Shown here: positions 49,065 to 58,748 of the stretch, one piece after another
How the letters are laid out: every line of letters starts with the position of its first letter
How positions within the stretch are numbered: the stretch's first letter is position 1
Source: Parcubacteria group bacterium
Lineage (GTDB): Bacteria > Patescibacteriota > Minisyncoccia > Phycocordibacterales > Phycocordibacteraceae
Length of the DNA: 64,000 nucleotides
Assembly (NCBI GenBank): GCA_028286605.1
Contig: JAQBRE010000002.1
Location: forward strand, 464,065-528,064
Direction: 5' to 3'
Notes under the pieces: model-generated
Database searches by the model: none
What the model was told of the DNA's origin: nothing
The model's input: the letters and a program-made list of their open reading frames with translations, nothing else
Made by a program: the position numbers and the translations under genes

Positions 49065-50435
49065 ATGGATTGGTCTTCGCTTCCGGGAATTAAAACGATC
49101 GAGAACATTCACGGCTATGCTGCGAGTCACGGACGCTTCGTCGACTGGAAACCGATCGCGTATACGTTCGCAGGCCTTAATATCATATTCCTTATCATCG
49201 CTCCGGTGCAGACGTTCCGTAACTACGAATTCTTGCTCTTCTTCGCACCGCTCTGGCTGCCGATAGTACTGGTACAAGCTGCAACGCTTCGCAAACTCCA
49301 GGCGAACCGCGAAGATTTCCTGCTTAAGCAGAAATACGTACTCCTTGAAATGCGTCTGCCGCGCGACACCATGAAGACGCCGCTCGCTATGGAAACGTTC
49401 TTCTCCAATATGCACTTCGGGCCGGGTGAATCGACCACGTACAAGATAAAGGCAGGTGCTATGCGCCCGTGGTGGTCCTTCGAGATAGCTTCAATTGAAG
49501 GACGTGTTCATTTCTTTATTTGGACACGTGAAATGCAGCGACGTGGTATCGAAAGCTATCTGTATTCGCAGTATCCGGACATGGAAATAATCGAAGCAGA
49601 AGACTACAGCCGTATCTTCGACCCATCGGATTTCAGCAAGAACAGCATGTTCGGCGAAGAATTCAAGAAAGTGCATGCGAACAAGGATGCAAAAGCAGAT
49701 CCGTATCCGATAAAGACATACGTAGACTACGGTCTCGATAAAGCGGGAACGAAACCGGAAGAGCAGATCGATCCGCTCGCGCAGGTTATCGAGCTCTTAG
49801 GATCAATCGGTCCGAAGGAACAGTTCTGGATACAATTCATTATTCGCCAGAGCAAGGCCGAAAAGCATGGCGAAGACTGGAAGAAGGTCGGCGCAGCCGA
49901 AGTGGAGAAAATTCGTGCAGCAACCGTGAAGAAAACCACGCGCGTAGACCCCGTAACCGGTAACACGATAGAGACGAGCGGCTTCCCGAACCCAACCAAG
50001 GGTCAGCAGGAAACGATCAACGCTATCGAGCGCAACACGAACAAAGCGGGCTTCGATGTCGGCATACGCATGATCTATTCCGCGCCGAAGGATGCGTACC
50101 AGGGTGGCATGATCGCGTTTTTCATGTCGCTCTTCAAGCCGTTCACGAATGAGAACGGCGCAGGTTTCGCGCCCGTTCAGCAATACTCCGCTGCGTTCAA
50201 CGACTATCCATGGGAAGACCCGAAAGGATACGCGCATCGCGCGGTCGAGAAGAAGGTCGTGGACCTCTATCGTCAGCGGGCGTATTTCAATCAGCCGTAC
50301 AACGGCCCGTGGTCAATCATGAGTACCGAAGAACTCGCGACGCTTTTCCATGTGCCTTCAAGTACCGTGCAGACGCCGGCACTTCCGCGCATGCAATCTT
50401 CAACAAGCGGCGCGCCGTCGAATCTCCCTATCTAG
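49065..50435 (+). CDS. Membrane protein (2 N-terminal TM) with large cytoplasmic domain, hypothetical
   Basis: ORF track; hydrophobic segments; stop immediately precedes mltG ATG. Confidence 0.5.
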   Translation: MDWSSLPGIKTIENIHGYAASHGRFVDWKPIAYTFAGLNIIFLIIAPVQTFRNYEFLLFFAPLWLPIVLVQAATLRKLQANREDFLLKQKYVLLEMRLPRDTMKTPLAMETFFSNMHFGPGESTTYKIKAGAMRPWWSFEIASIEGRVHFFIWTREMQRRGIESYLYSQYPDMEIIEAEDYSRIFDPSDFSKNSMFGEEFKKVHANKDAKADPYPIKTYVDYGLDKAGTKPEEQIDPLAQVIELLGSIGPKEQFWIQFIIRQSKAEKHGEDWKKVGAAEVEKIRAATVKKTTRVDPVTGNTIETSGFPNPTKGQQETINAIERNTNKAGFDVGIRMIYSAPKDAYQGGMIAFFMSLFKPFTNENGAGFAPVQQYSAAFNDYPWEDPKGYAHRAVEKKVVDLYRQRAYFNQPYNGPWSIMSTEELATLFHVPSSTVQTPALPRMQSSTSGAPSNLPI

Positions 50436-50436
50436 C

Positions 50437-51462
50437 ATGACTGTTCGCGAGCGAGCTCACTCGATGTTCGTGTCCGTGCGATTCTGGCTGACCGAACAGA
50501 AACTCCGCACAAGAGCACTGAAAGGAAAATGGCGTTATGTGGTCGCAGCAATCGTGCTCGTATTGCTCATTCCTATATACATCCTCTTCACGCCAGCGGT
50601 TGGTTTCCCGAAAGGACAGATCATTTCGATTCCTGCAGACAGCGCGAGCGATCAGATCGCGAGCCAGCTTGCTGCACAGCATGTGATACGAAGCGCGTTT
50701 CAGTTCAAAGTACTCGCACGCCTCACCGGACAGGATCGTCAGCTTGAATCCGGCATGTACGTATTCAAACAGTCACTCGGACTCGTGAGTGTTATGAATC
50801 GACTCGCCACCGGTAATCACGGCATCGCCGAAGCACGCGTTACGTTAACGGAAGGCATGACGGCGAAAGACATGGCACAGGTAATCGCAGCACAGCTTCC
50901 TGGCTTCGATACCACAGGATTCCTGAACGCCGCATCAACGAGCGAAGGGTATCTGTTCCCCGATACCTATTTCATTCTCCCTGGCACGACACCGGAAGAT
51001 ATCGTACAGCGTTTACACACTCAATTCGATGCGAAGGTTGCGACCATACAGCCACAGATCACTAAGTTCGGAAAACCGCTTCGCGATGATGTGATTATCG
51101 CCTCAATACTCGAGCGCGAAGTGAAAGGTACGAAAGATGAGCGTATTGTTGCAGGAATTCTTTATAATCGCCTCAATAAAGGCATGCCGTTGCAAGTTGA
51201 TGCTGCGTTCGGCTATGCGCATGACATAGATGGCTACACGCCGACTTCTGCAGATCTCACCGGAAACTCTCCGTACAACACGTATCGTTTCTCTGGCCTC
51301 CCGCCGACACCAATATCTAACCCCGGCTTGGATTCGCTTCTTGCTGCCGTTACTCCTACGAAAACTTCCTACATCTATTACATAACCGGCACCGATGGCA
51401 CGATGCATTACGCGACGACGTTCGCACAGCACGAAGCCAACATCGCAAAGTATTTAAAATAG
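50437..51462 (+). CDS. mltG: Endolytic murein transglycosylase MltG (YceG-like); start trimmed
   Basis: N-terminal TM; SILEREV...GILYNRL...GMPLQVDAAFGY YceG signature. Confidence 0.8.
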   Translation: MTVRERAHSMFVSVRFWLTEQKLRTRALKGKWRYVVAAIVLVLLIPIYILFTPAVGFPKGQIISIPADSASDQIASQLAAQHVIRSAFQFKVLARLTGQDRQLESGMYVFKQSLGLVSVMNRLATGNHGIAEARVTLTEGMTAKDMAQVIAAQLPGFDTTGFLNAASTSEGYLFPDTYFILPGTTPEDIVQRLHTQFDAKVATIQPQITKFGKPLRDDVIIASILEREVKGTKDERIVAGILYNRLNKGMPLQVDAAFGYAHDIDGYTPTSADLTGNSPYNTYRFSGLPPTPISNPGLDSLLAAVTPTKTSYIYYITGTDGTMHYATTFAQHEANIAKYLK

Positions 51463-51483
51463 TTCGATCCCTAGTCTGCCAGC
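51462..51483. repeat. Repeat family A copy 2
   Basis: GTTCGATCCCTAGTCTGCCAGC immediately after mltG stop; then TTTTTATAAAAGAAAA + hairpin gcgctgagttc-gagta-gaactcagcgc. Confidence 0.7.
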
Positions 51484-51537
51484 AATATTTTTATAAAAGA
51501 AAAGCGCTGAGTTCGAGTAGAACTCAGCGCCGTTTTC

Positions 51538-52071
51538 TTAGGTCAAGAACAACGCACGAACCTCAAAAGGAGAGACAAGACGGAGATAGGCATGCGCCGC
51601 CACCTTCACGCTCTCGCTTGAGGTATTGTCTCCAGCGCTGACGATAAAGCGCTTCAGCTTTTTCCCGTGCCGATGCTCCTCAACAGTGAAAGGTATAGTC
51701 GATCTGAATCGCATCGTTGCTTCGCGTTCTTTGAGGAACTCGGAAAAACGATTCGCGATTTCTTTACGGGCGGACTCTGCCCATTTCGTTGAATGGATGG
51801 CTTTCGCCAACTTTTCTTCGAGGACTTCATCAAAGGTTTCTGCCCACCCGCGCAATACGAGCCCGTACAATATTGCGTGCTGCTCGAAATAAAACGCACC
51901 GGTAGGTAATGACGTGATGATGCGTTCTCCTACTCTGGCGCCCAGAGCAGTATCTGCAGCAGTCAGTTCCCAGATACCGCCGAGGACGGCGGCAACCGCG
52001 GAGCCGTCTCTTCGCTGGTCAGCCGCAAGGACAAAATCAATTAGTCTCTTGTACTCAGTAATACCGGCCAT
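51538..52071 (-). CDS. Hypothetical protein (177 aa) inside A/B-flanked cassette 2
   Basis: ORF track. Confidence 0.45.
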   Translation of the reverse strand: MAGITEYKRLIDFVLAADQRRDGSAVAAVLGGIWELTAADTALGARVGERIITSLPTGAFYFEQHAILYGLVLRGWAETFDEVLEEKLAKAIHSTKWAESARKEIANRFSEFLKEREATMRFRSTIPFTVEEHRHGKKLKRFIVSAGDNTSSESVKVAAHAYLRLVSPFEVRALFLT

Positions 52072-52178
52072 GGCCGATTCCTTCCTGCACCGTGGTGCAA
52101 CTGGGTTGTGGTCCGTGGACCAAGAGGACCGTAGTCCAGAGAGACTATGTCATACGAATAGAGTGTTGTCATTACGCT

Positions 52179-52213
52179 GCAGAAAGGTTCCAACATCGTC
52201 CCAGACAGCCAGC
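52179..52213. repeat. Repeat family B copy 2
   Basis: GCAGAAAGGTTCCAACATCGTCCCAGACAGCCAGC; followed by hairpin gcccccacacgccggattgcggtgggggc. Confidence 0.7.
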
Positions 52214-52261
52214 AACGAAAAGCCCCCACACGCCGGATTGCGGTGGGGGCATAAAAATAAT

Positions 52262-52675
52262 CTAAAACTCGACAGCTGCCGCGAGACGATATGGCTCGAG
52301 ACGTTCCTTGAGGGCAGGGAACTGTTCAAGAATCCCGTTTAGAAAGATAGGAAGCATTTGGTGCATGGCCAAGACATTCTTGAGATTTGGTTGCACACTA
52401 TATCCCAATGAAGCTCCACACTGACCTGCATAGATTAGGTTTCCGTGTGGAGTCCAGCAGTGCAGAACATATAGATACTCCTGTGAGTAGACGCCAGTTA
52501 TACGCCATCTGCCAGTGGAATCAGTACCAATATCCAACGCGTCTTTAGTGCTACCGTGAAGAAATTCTTCTGCCGTAAGGCTGCTCATACACAGCCGAAT
52601 GGTCGTATCTATATCCTTCTTCATACGGTCGATATTTTCTTGTCCTCGAACAAGGTCTGAAACTGAAAGGTTCAT
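52262..52675 (-). CDS. Hypothetical protein (137 aa)
   Basis: ORF track. Confidence 0.4.
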   Translation of the reverse strand: MNLSVSDLVRGQENIDRMKKDIDTTIRLCMSSLTAEEFLHGSTKDALDIGTDSTGRWRITGVYSQEYLYVLHCWTPHGNLIYAGQCGASLGYSVQPNLKNVLAMHQMLPIFLNGILEQFPALKERLEPYRLAAAVEF

Positions 52676-52818
52676 AGAACGTTCCTATTCACTAGGACCC
52701 TCACGGGTGTTAATAGGCATCACTGCCTTGGGTTCTACCCGAAACCACTTTGATACTATTTACATAATGTGTCAAATACAACGGTTCAAACAGCCAGCAA
52801 AAGAGCGCAACATGCGGT

Positions 52819-53871
52819 ATGGTAGCGATAATGGAATCGGTAAAAGGAAAGAAAGTATTCGTGGGGCTTTCTGGCGGCGTAGATTCGGCGGTTTCGGCTG
52901 CGTTATTGCAACACGCAGGCGCTGAGCTGACCGGCGTATTCATAAAAGGATGGTATCCGCCCGGCATGCCGTGTACCTGGGCGCAGGATCGCCGTGATGC
53001 GATGCGCGTTGCTGCGCATCTAGGTATTCCATTTCATACACTCGATGCATCTAGCGAATACAAGAAAGGAGTAATTGATTACCTGCTCAGCGAATATGCT
53101 GCAGGACGGACGCCGAATCCGGACATCATGTGCAACCGGGAAGTGAAGTTCGGCGCGTTCTATCAGTTCGCGAAAGCGCACGGCGCAGATTTCATTGCGA
53201 CGGGGCATTATGCACGCACTGAGAGTGGACGACTGCTGCGAGGTATTGATGAGGGAAAGGACCAGAGTTATTTCCTGTGGGCGATTCCGGAGGAATCGCT
53301 TACACATACGCTGTTCCCGGTTGGCGACATGCCGAAGAGCGAAGTACGTACGCTTGCAGAGAAGTTCAAGCTTCCCGTTGCAGACAAGCGCGATAGCCAG
53401 GGAATCTGTTTCCTTGGTTCGATTTCTGTTGGTGAGTTCCTGCGACAAGAACTCGGTACCACGCCTGGCAAAGCAATAGATGAAAGCGGGAAGGATATCG
53501 GCATGCACGACGGCGCCGTACTGCACACGCTTGGCGCGCGCATCAGCTTGCAGGATGCAGATGCTGGCCCTTGGTATGTGATTAGGAAAGATTTAGATAC
53601 GAACGTGCTTACGGTACGCAAGGGAAACGTCGAGCTCGCTGCACCGGCTGGCTCGCTCACGCTTCGTGAAGTGAATTGGTTCGAGCCTGCACTATTAGAA
53701 GGTGCGGTTGAAGCGCAATACCGTTATCACGGGCCGCGCATCGCGGGCCGCTATAACACGCACGCAAAATCCTTCACTCCGGACGATGCATTCCGTGAAC
53801 CTGTCGCGGCAGGGCAGTCGCTCGTGCTGTATTTCGGCGATACCTGTATCGGAGGTGGTATCATCGAGTAA
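52819..53871 (+). CDS. mnmA: tRNA-specific 2-thiouridylase
   Basis: PP-loop VFVGLSGGVDSAV; conserved Cys residues; C-terminal beta-barrel. Confidence 0.9.
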   Translation: MVAIMESVKGKKVFVGLSGGVDSAVSAALLQHAGAELTGVFIKGWYPPGMPCTWAQDRRDAMRVAAHLGIPFHTLDASSEYKKGVIDYLLSEYAAGRTPNPDIMCNREVKFGAFYQFAKAHGADFIATGHYARTESGRLLRGIDEGKDQSYFLWAIPEESLTHTLFPVGDMPKSEVRTLAEKFKLPVADKRDSQGICFLGSISVGEFLRQELGTTPGKAIDESGKDIGMHDGAVLHTLGARISLQDADAGPWYVIRKDLDTNVLTVRKGNVELAAPAGSLTLREVNWFEPALLEGAVEAQYRYHGPRIAGRYNTHAKSFTPDDAFREPVAAGQSLVLYFGDTCIGGGIIE

Positions 53872-54702
53872 ATGGCTGAAATAGTTAAAGCAGACGGAAC
53901 GATAGAGACATTCCTTCCGGAGAAACTCGAGGATTCGCTGCGTCGTGCAGGCGCAGGTGCCGGTGCTGCAGAAAAGATCCGTCGTACCATCGAAGCGAGC
54001 ATCGCGCCGGGTTCAGAGAGCAATGACATCTATAGGCGCGCGTTCCAGATGCTTCGCACGGAAGGGCGGGCCGCAGCGGCACGCTACAGCCTGCGTCGCG
54101 CACTTTTCGAATTCGGTCCATCTGGCCACCCGTTCGAAGACTTCGTTGGCGAGCTTTTCAAGAAAGAGGGCTGGAATATCGAGACGCGACGACTCATCCC
54201 TGGAAAGTGCGTCACGCATGAGGTGGATGTGTATGCGACGCGTGGAAAAGAAACGCTTGCTGCGGAACTCAAATATCATAATGATCCAGGATACAAGACC
54301 GACGTGAAGATCGCACTCTATGTAAAAGCGCGCTTCGACGACATCTGGCAGTGCGATCCGAACGTGCAGGGAACCTGCCCGATAGATCGCGGATACCTTA
54401 TCACCAACACGAAGTTCACGTCGCAGGCTATCGAATACGCTACCTGTTCCGGCATGAATCTTCTTGGCTGGAGCTATCCGCATCACGGAAACCTGTATGA
54501 CCGCATCATCGCGAGCGCACTGTATCCGATAACCGCACTCACTACGCTGCGCAAAGCAGAGAAGCGCCTCCTTATCGATCGCAACATCTCCACCACGGAC
54601 CTCCTTCGCCAGCATCGTGAATTGCTCCGCGAGATCGGCGTATCGCCTGAACGCGTCGGCGCTATCGTCGCAGAAATTGAGACCTTGAACGATACGCGAT
54701 AG
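53872..54702 (+). CDS. ATP-cone domain fused to Mrr-like (PD-(D/E)XK) restriction-endonuclease domain
   Basis: N-terminal ATP-cone-like MAEIVKADGTIETFLPEKLEDSLRRAG...AEKIRRTIEASI; nuclease core FEDFVGELF...HEVDVYA...AELKY (D...E-x-K); ATG abuts mnmA TAA. Confidence 0.7.
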   Translation: MAEIVKADGTIETFLPEKLEDSLRRAGAGAGAAEKIRRTIEASIAPGSESNDIYRRAFQMLRTEGRAAAARYSLRRALFEFGPSGHPFEDFVGELFKKEGWNIETRRLIPGKCVTHEVDVYATRGKETLAAELKYHNDPGYKTDVKIALYVKARFDDIWQCDPNVQGTCPIDRGYLITNTKFTSQAIEYATCSGMNLLGWSYPHHGNLYDRIIASALYPITALTTLRKAEKRLLIDRNISTTDLLRQHRELLREIGVSPERVGAIVAEIETLNDTR

Positions 54703-54711
54703 AATAGGTGC

Positions 54712-55512
54712 ATGGCTGAATACGTTAAGAGATATAACCCGAACCGTAGTCCTGATTGGAACTATGGCGGCCCGAAGTGGCGTCTCTCACGTTCGAAGAT
54801 AGAGCTTTTCACTGAATGCCCGCGTTGTTTCTATTTAGATAATAAGCTCGGCACCGCACGTCCGCGCGGCCCTTCCTTCACGCTCAACATCGCCGTTGAT
54901 GCGCTCCTGAAGAAAGAATTCGATGAGCATCGCATAGAAGGTTCGGCGCACCCACTCATGGAGCAGTACGGCATCGACGCGATTCCGTTCAAGCATAAGA
55001 ATATGAATACATGGCGCGAGAACTTCGAGGGCGTGGAGTTTAAGCATAAAGAAACGGGCTTCACTATTTCTGGTGCCGTTGACGATATCTGGGTTAATCC
55101 AGAAGGCGAGCTTATCGTCGTGGACTACAAGGCGACATCAAAGGAAGGAAAGATCGTAACGCTCGACGACTCCTCGTGGAAAGACCAGTACAGCCGGCAG
55201 ATGGGCGTGTATCAGTGGCTGCTCCGTAACAACGGCTTCACCGTTTCACCGAAGGGATATTTCGTATATGCGAATGCAAGCAGCGACAAAGCAGCGTTCG
55301 ATGGCCAGCTTGAGTTCGATGTGACTGTCGTGCCGATGGAGGGCGACACTTCATGGATAGATGAGATCCTTCCGAAGATAAAGACAGCACTCGATAGCGA
55401 TGAGATTCCCGCAACCGGAAGCGCCTGCGAGTTCTGCCCGTACCGTGAAGCAGCAGGGAAGAAGCTGCTCGATCTCCACAAGAAAAGCCTGCACATCAAG
55501 AAGACAGACTAG
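54712..55512 (+). CDS. PD-(D/E)XK nuclease with four-Cys cluster (Cas4/RecB-nuclease-like, DUF83-type)
   Basis: N-terminal CPRC, VVDYKATS (D-x-K), C-terminal CEFCPY. Confidence 0.65.
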   Translation: MAEYVKRYNPNRSPDWNYGGPKWRLSRSKIELFTECPRCFYLDNKLGTARPRGPSFTLNIAVDALLKKEFDEHRIEGSAHPLMEQYGIDAIPFKHKNMNTWRENFEGVEFKHKETGFTISGAVDDIWVNPEGELIVVDYKATSKEGKIVTLDDSSWKDQYSRQMGVYQWLLRNNGFTVSPKGYFVYANASSDKAAFDGQLEFDVTVVPMEGDTSWIDEILPKIKTALDSDEIPATGSACEFCPYREAAGKKLLDLHKKSLHIKKTD

Positions 55513-55575
55513 CCTTAACGAGCCATACAGGTTCGTGCGTTCATACTGATTCCGAACGCCCTTTAGGAGGAACCG

Positions 55576-55764
55576 ATGGCTGAAGAGACTGACGTACCGA
55601 TTACGAAAGATGACCTGGTCCGCAAAGGACCGAATCTCCATCCGTATTACGAGGTTGTCTGGATAGACGGCGAAGAAGTATGGCTGCGCAACGCCAACAC
55701 TCGCGAAAGCCACGTGTGCCTGCTGAGCGAATGCACGAAGATAGAGCTTCAGCCGATCCTGTAG
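55576..55764 (+). CDS. Small hypothetical protein (62 aa)
   Basis: AGGAGG RBS 6 nt upstream; terminator 55773-55800. Confidence 0.45.
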   Translation: MAEETDVPITKDDLVRKGPNLHPYYEVVWIDGEEVWLRNANTRESHVCLLSECTKIELQPIL

Positions 55765-55810
55765 CTAAGACGAAAGGGCCGCGCGTTGCGCGGCCCTTGG
55801 CTTGTCCATC

Positions 55811-56047
55811 TTATTTCGGGCGATGGATTATTCGTGCGAGATTATCCAGGCCTTCCTGACGATTGAATTTAAGATGGCCCATGATAACCCATCTGATTTC
55901 CGCATTTTCGACAAGTTGCATCCGTGCGTCTTCGACCGAGATCGTATAGACAGACACAGAGTCCGCTTGTTCTCCGAAAATCCGCTCTGCACGGAGTTTC
56001 TGTTCCTCCATAGACCCTTCAACGAACATCGTTTTCGGAATCATCAT
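55811..56047 (-). CDS. Small hypothetical protein (78 aa)
   Basis: AGGAGGGAGAGG RBS upstream on minus strand. Confidence 0.45.
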   Translation of the reverse strand: MMIPKTMFVEGSMEEQKLRAERIFGEQADSVSVYTISVEDARMQLVENAEIRWVIMGHLKFNRQEGLDNLARIIHRPK

Positions 56048-56243
56048 CTGCCTCTCCCTCCTGTTCAGCTAAAACTATTATACTAATAAATTTAATTCAT
56101 GTAAAGAATACCAATAATTGACTCCTGCTGCCGAAGGCGTATATTCATTGTAGTACTCGTGGCCGTAAGGCCTTCCCCCGCTACACTTTTGTGTTGAGCG
56201 AGCAACGAGTATCATGAAAAACCCGAGGTTCGCCTCGGGTTTT

Positions 56244-56630
56244 TCACATTTTACATTTACGTTCACACATCACGCTTAAGAAATGAAGCTTTCCTGAAGG
56301 CTTATTGCGTATAACAACAACTTTTACCTCACATTCAACACCATTGGTGAATACAGGAAATGATAGACCCCACGTTACTACGAGCGGGTCTTCAGATTTA
56401 ATCATTTCAAATGCTTGAATAGCATTTGAAAGAACAATATGAATATAGGGAAGAAGGCTCAATCGATAGCGCCTCTGGGATTTTATTCTTGGGCGCTGCG
56501 TACGTCTGTCATATAACAAGTGGTGTAACCCTTCCGAGTTAAAGTAAATCATTTCCTGCAAGGCTGCACAGAAGATAGGTTGGAAAGATCTATAAAGTGA
56601 CTTCTGTTTCTCCTCAAAGGACTTTTGCAT
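56244..56630 (-). CDS. Hypothetical protein in AT-rich islet
   Basis: ORF track; ~38% GC region 56080-56700. Confidence 0.35.
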   Translation of the reverse strand: MQKSFEEKQKSLYRSFQPIFCAALQEMIYFNSEGLHHLLYDRRTQRPRIKSQRRYRLSLLPYIHIVLSNAIQAFEMIKSEDPLVVTWGLSFPVFTNGVECEVKVVVIRNKPSGKLHFLSVMCERKCKM

Positions 56631-56713
56631 TTGAGAAGTATTCCACCATCAGAATAGGCGGCAAATTTCACGTCATATATTCTTTATATCTTCTTTAACT
56701 TATACTCATTGAC

Positions 56714-57382
56714 ATGGAAGTAAAGATCGAATCATCGTGGAAAAAGCATCTGAAAGATGAATTCGAGAAACCTTATTTCAAGGAACTCACTGAATTCGTA
56801 AAGAAAGAGTATGAGAAAGGCAGTGTCTATCCTGCGCCGAAGAATATATTCCGTGCTTTCGAGCTGACGCCGTTCGATGAGGTGAAAGTGGTAATACTTG
56901 GTCAGGATCCGTACCACGGACCGAAGCAGGCTATCGGCCTTTCGTTCGCGGTGAATGAAGGCGTGCGCAACCCTCCTTCGCTGCAGAATATTTTCAAGGA
57001 AATCGAGAGCGACTTCAGCACGCCGATGGTGCATACGGGTGGTGATCTTTCCCGCTGGGCAGAACAAGGAGTGCTGCTTCTGAATGCAACGCTCACGGTA
57101 CGTGCCGCTACGGCAGGTTCGCATCAGGGAAAGGGGTGGGAAGAATTCACCGATGCCGTGATACAGAAACTTTCGGATGAGCGTGAGCATTTGGTGTTTA
57201 TCCTGTGGGGGAACTATGCGCGCGCCAAAGGCGCGCGCATAGACCGCACGAAGCATCTCGTTATCGAATCCGCGCACCCCTCACCATTCTCTGCATACAA
57301 TGGCTTTTTCGGTTCAAAACCCTTTAGCAAAGCCAACGCATACCTCAAAGCGCACGGTGAAAAACCGATCGATTGGCTATAG
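56714..57382 (+). CDS. ung: Uracil-DNA glycosylase family 1
   Basis: VVILGQDPYHGPKQAIGLSFAV and HPSPFSA motifs. Confidence 0.9.
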   Translation: MEVKIESSWKKHLKDEFEKPYFKELTEFVKKEYEKGSVYPAPKNIFRAFELTPFDEVKVVILGQDPYHGPKQAIGLSFAVNEGVRNPPSLQNIFKEIESDFSTPMVHTGGDLSRWAEQGVLLLNATLTVRAATAGSHQGKGWEEFTDAVIQKLSDEREHLVFILWGNYARAKGARIDRTKHLVIESAHPSPFSAYNGFFGSKPFSKANAYLKAHGEKPIDWL

Positions 57383-57409
57383 AAACAAGAGCTGGTATCT
57401 TGAATAGAT

Positions 57410-58744
57410 ATGGCGGCAAAAGCAGCAACAAAATCAGCCAGGAAAGCTGCTCCAACAGCATCAACTATTCCCGGCATCACCTTCGTACAAGAACTCGAAG
57501 GTATCAAGGAATACACGCTCACCAGCAACGGCCTGCGTATCCTTCTCGTTCCCGATGATTCTGTACCGGTCGCAGGCGTGATGATCACCTATCATGTCGG
57601 TTCTCGAAACGAAGCCATCGGATATACCGGCGCAACGCACCTTCTTGAACACCTTATGTTCAAGGGCTCGGAAAAGTTCAATCGTGAGAATGGAAACTTA
57701 ATGGAAATAACTATCGAGTCGCTCGGCGGCATGCTGAACGCGACTACTTGGTTCGATCGTACGAATTACTATTCCATCGTTCCCGCAAGCAGCGTTCATC
57801 TGCCTATCGAGATCGAAGCTGATCGCATGCGTACCGCACGTATAACGGAGAAAGATCGTGCAAGCGAGATGCCGATCGTCCGTAATGAATATGAGCGTGG
57901 CGAGAATAATCCAATGGAAGCGCTCGATAAAGAGATGTGGTCCGCAGCATTCCTTGCGCATCCGTATCACCATTCGACCATTGGATGGAAGAGTGACATC
58001 GAGGGAGTTTCCATAGAACGACTCAATCAGTTTTACAATGATTTCTACTGGCCGAATAACGCAACGCTGACCGTAACTGGAAAGTTCGATGAACTCGCCA
58101 TCCTGAAGCTCGTAAAGAAAGAATTCGGCCAGCATACGAAATCTCCGAAACCGTTTCCGGCGATGTATACCGAAGAGCCGCCGCAGCAAGGCCAGCGCCG
58201 CGTGATAGTGAAGCGATCAGGTACGAACATGATTGCTATCGCGCACAAGATACCGAACGCGCATCATGCCGATATTCCTGCGTTGCTCGTCCTCACGAAT
58301 GTGCTCGCCGGAGGCGATACGAGCCGTCTGTATCGTGCGTTCGTTGATTCCGCTAAGGCCACGGATGCAAGCACGTACTGCTATGAGCTGCATGATCCTT
58401 CTCTTTTCCTTTCCTATATAACGCTAACGCCGAAAACAACGCATGCGGAAGGCGAGAAGATTCTTCTTCGTGAGTATGCAGCAATAAAAGAAAAGGGGAT
58501 TACCGCCGCAGAGCTGGCGCGTGCGAAGCGCGCCGTTCGCAGGTTCATTGCCAGCCGTCGTGACGGCGCATACGCATTCCTCTCGAGCCTGAATGAAGAC
58601 CTTGCGACAGGCGACTGGACGCGATTCGCGAAACAGCCGGAACAGATAATGAATGTAACCGCAGCAGATGTGAAGCGCGTCGCGAATACGTATTTCAATG
58701 AAGATCAGTCCGTATTCGGCCAGTTCATCGCAACCAACTCATAA
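57410..58744 (+). CDS. M16-family zinc peptidase, catalytic subunit
   Basis: Inverted zinc motif HLLEHLMFKGSEKF (HxxEH). Confidence 0.85.
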   Translation: MAAKAATKSARKAAPTASTIPGITFVQELEGIKEYTLTSNGLRILLVPDDSVPVAGVMITYHVGSRNEAIGYTGATHLLEHLMFKGSEKFNRENGNLMEITIESLGGMLNATTWFDRTNYYSIVPASSVHLPIEIEADRMRTARITEKDRASEMPIVRNEYERGENNPMEALDKEMWSAAFLAHPYHHSTIGWKSDIEGVSIERLNQFYNDFYWPNNATLTVTGKFDELAILKLVKKEFGQHTKSPKPFPAMYTEEPPQQGQRRVIVKRSGTNMIAIAHKIPNAHHADIPALLVLTNVLAGGDTSRLYRAFVDSAKATDASTYCYELHDPSLFLSYITLTPKTTHAEGEKILLREYAAIKEKGITAAELARAKRAVRRFIASRRDGAYAFLSSLNEDLATGDWTRFAKQPEQIMNVTAADVKRVANTYFNEDQSVFGQFIATNS

Positions 58745-58748
58745 CACT

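Noticed and set aside
48279-49415. 378-aa minus-strand ORF
   Set aside because: It is antisense to, and entirely inside, the well-supported plus-strand sigma-r4 gene. It has no motifs. High-GC DNA often gives long antisense ORFs.
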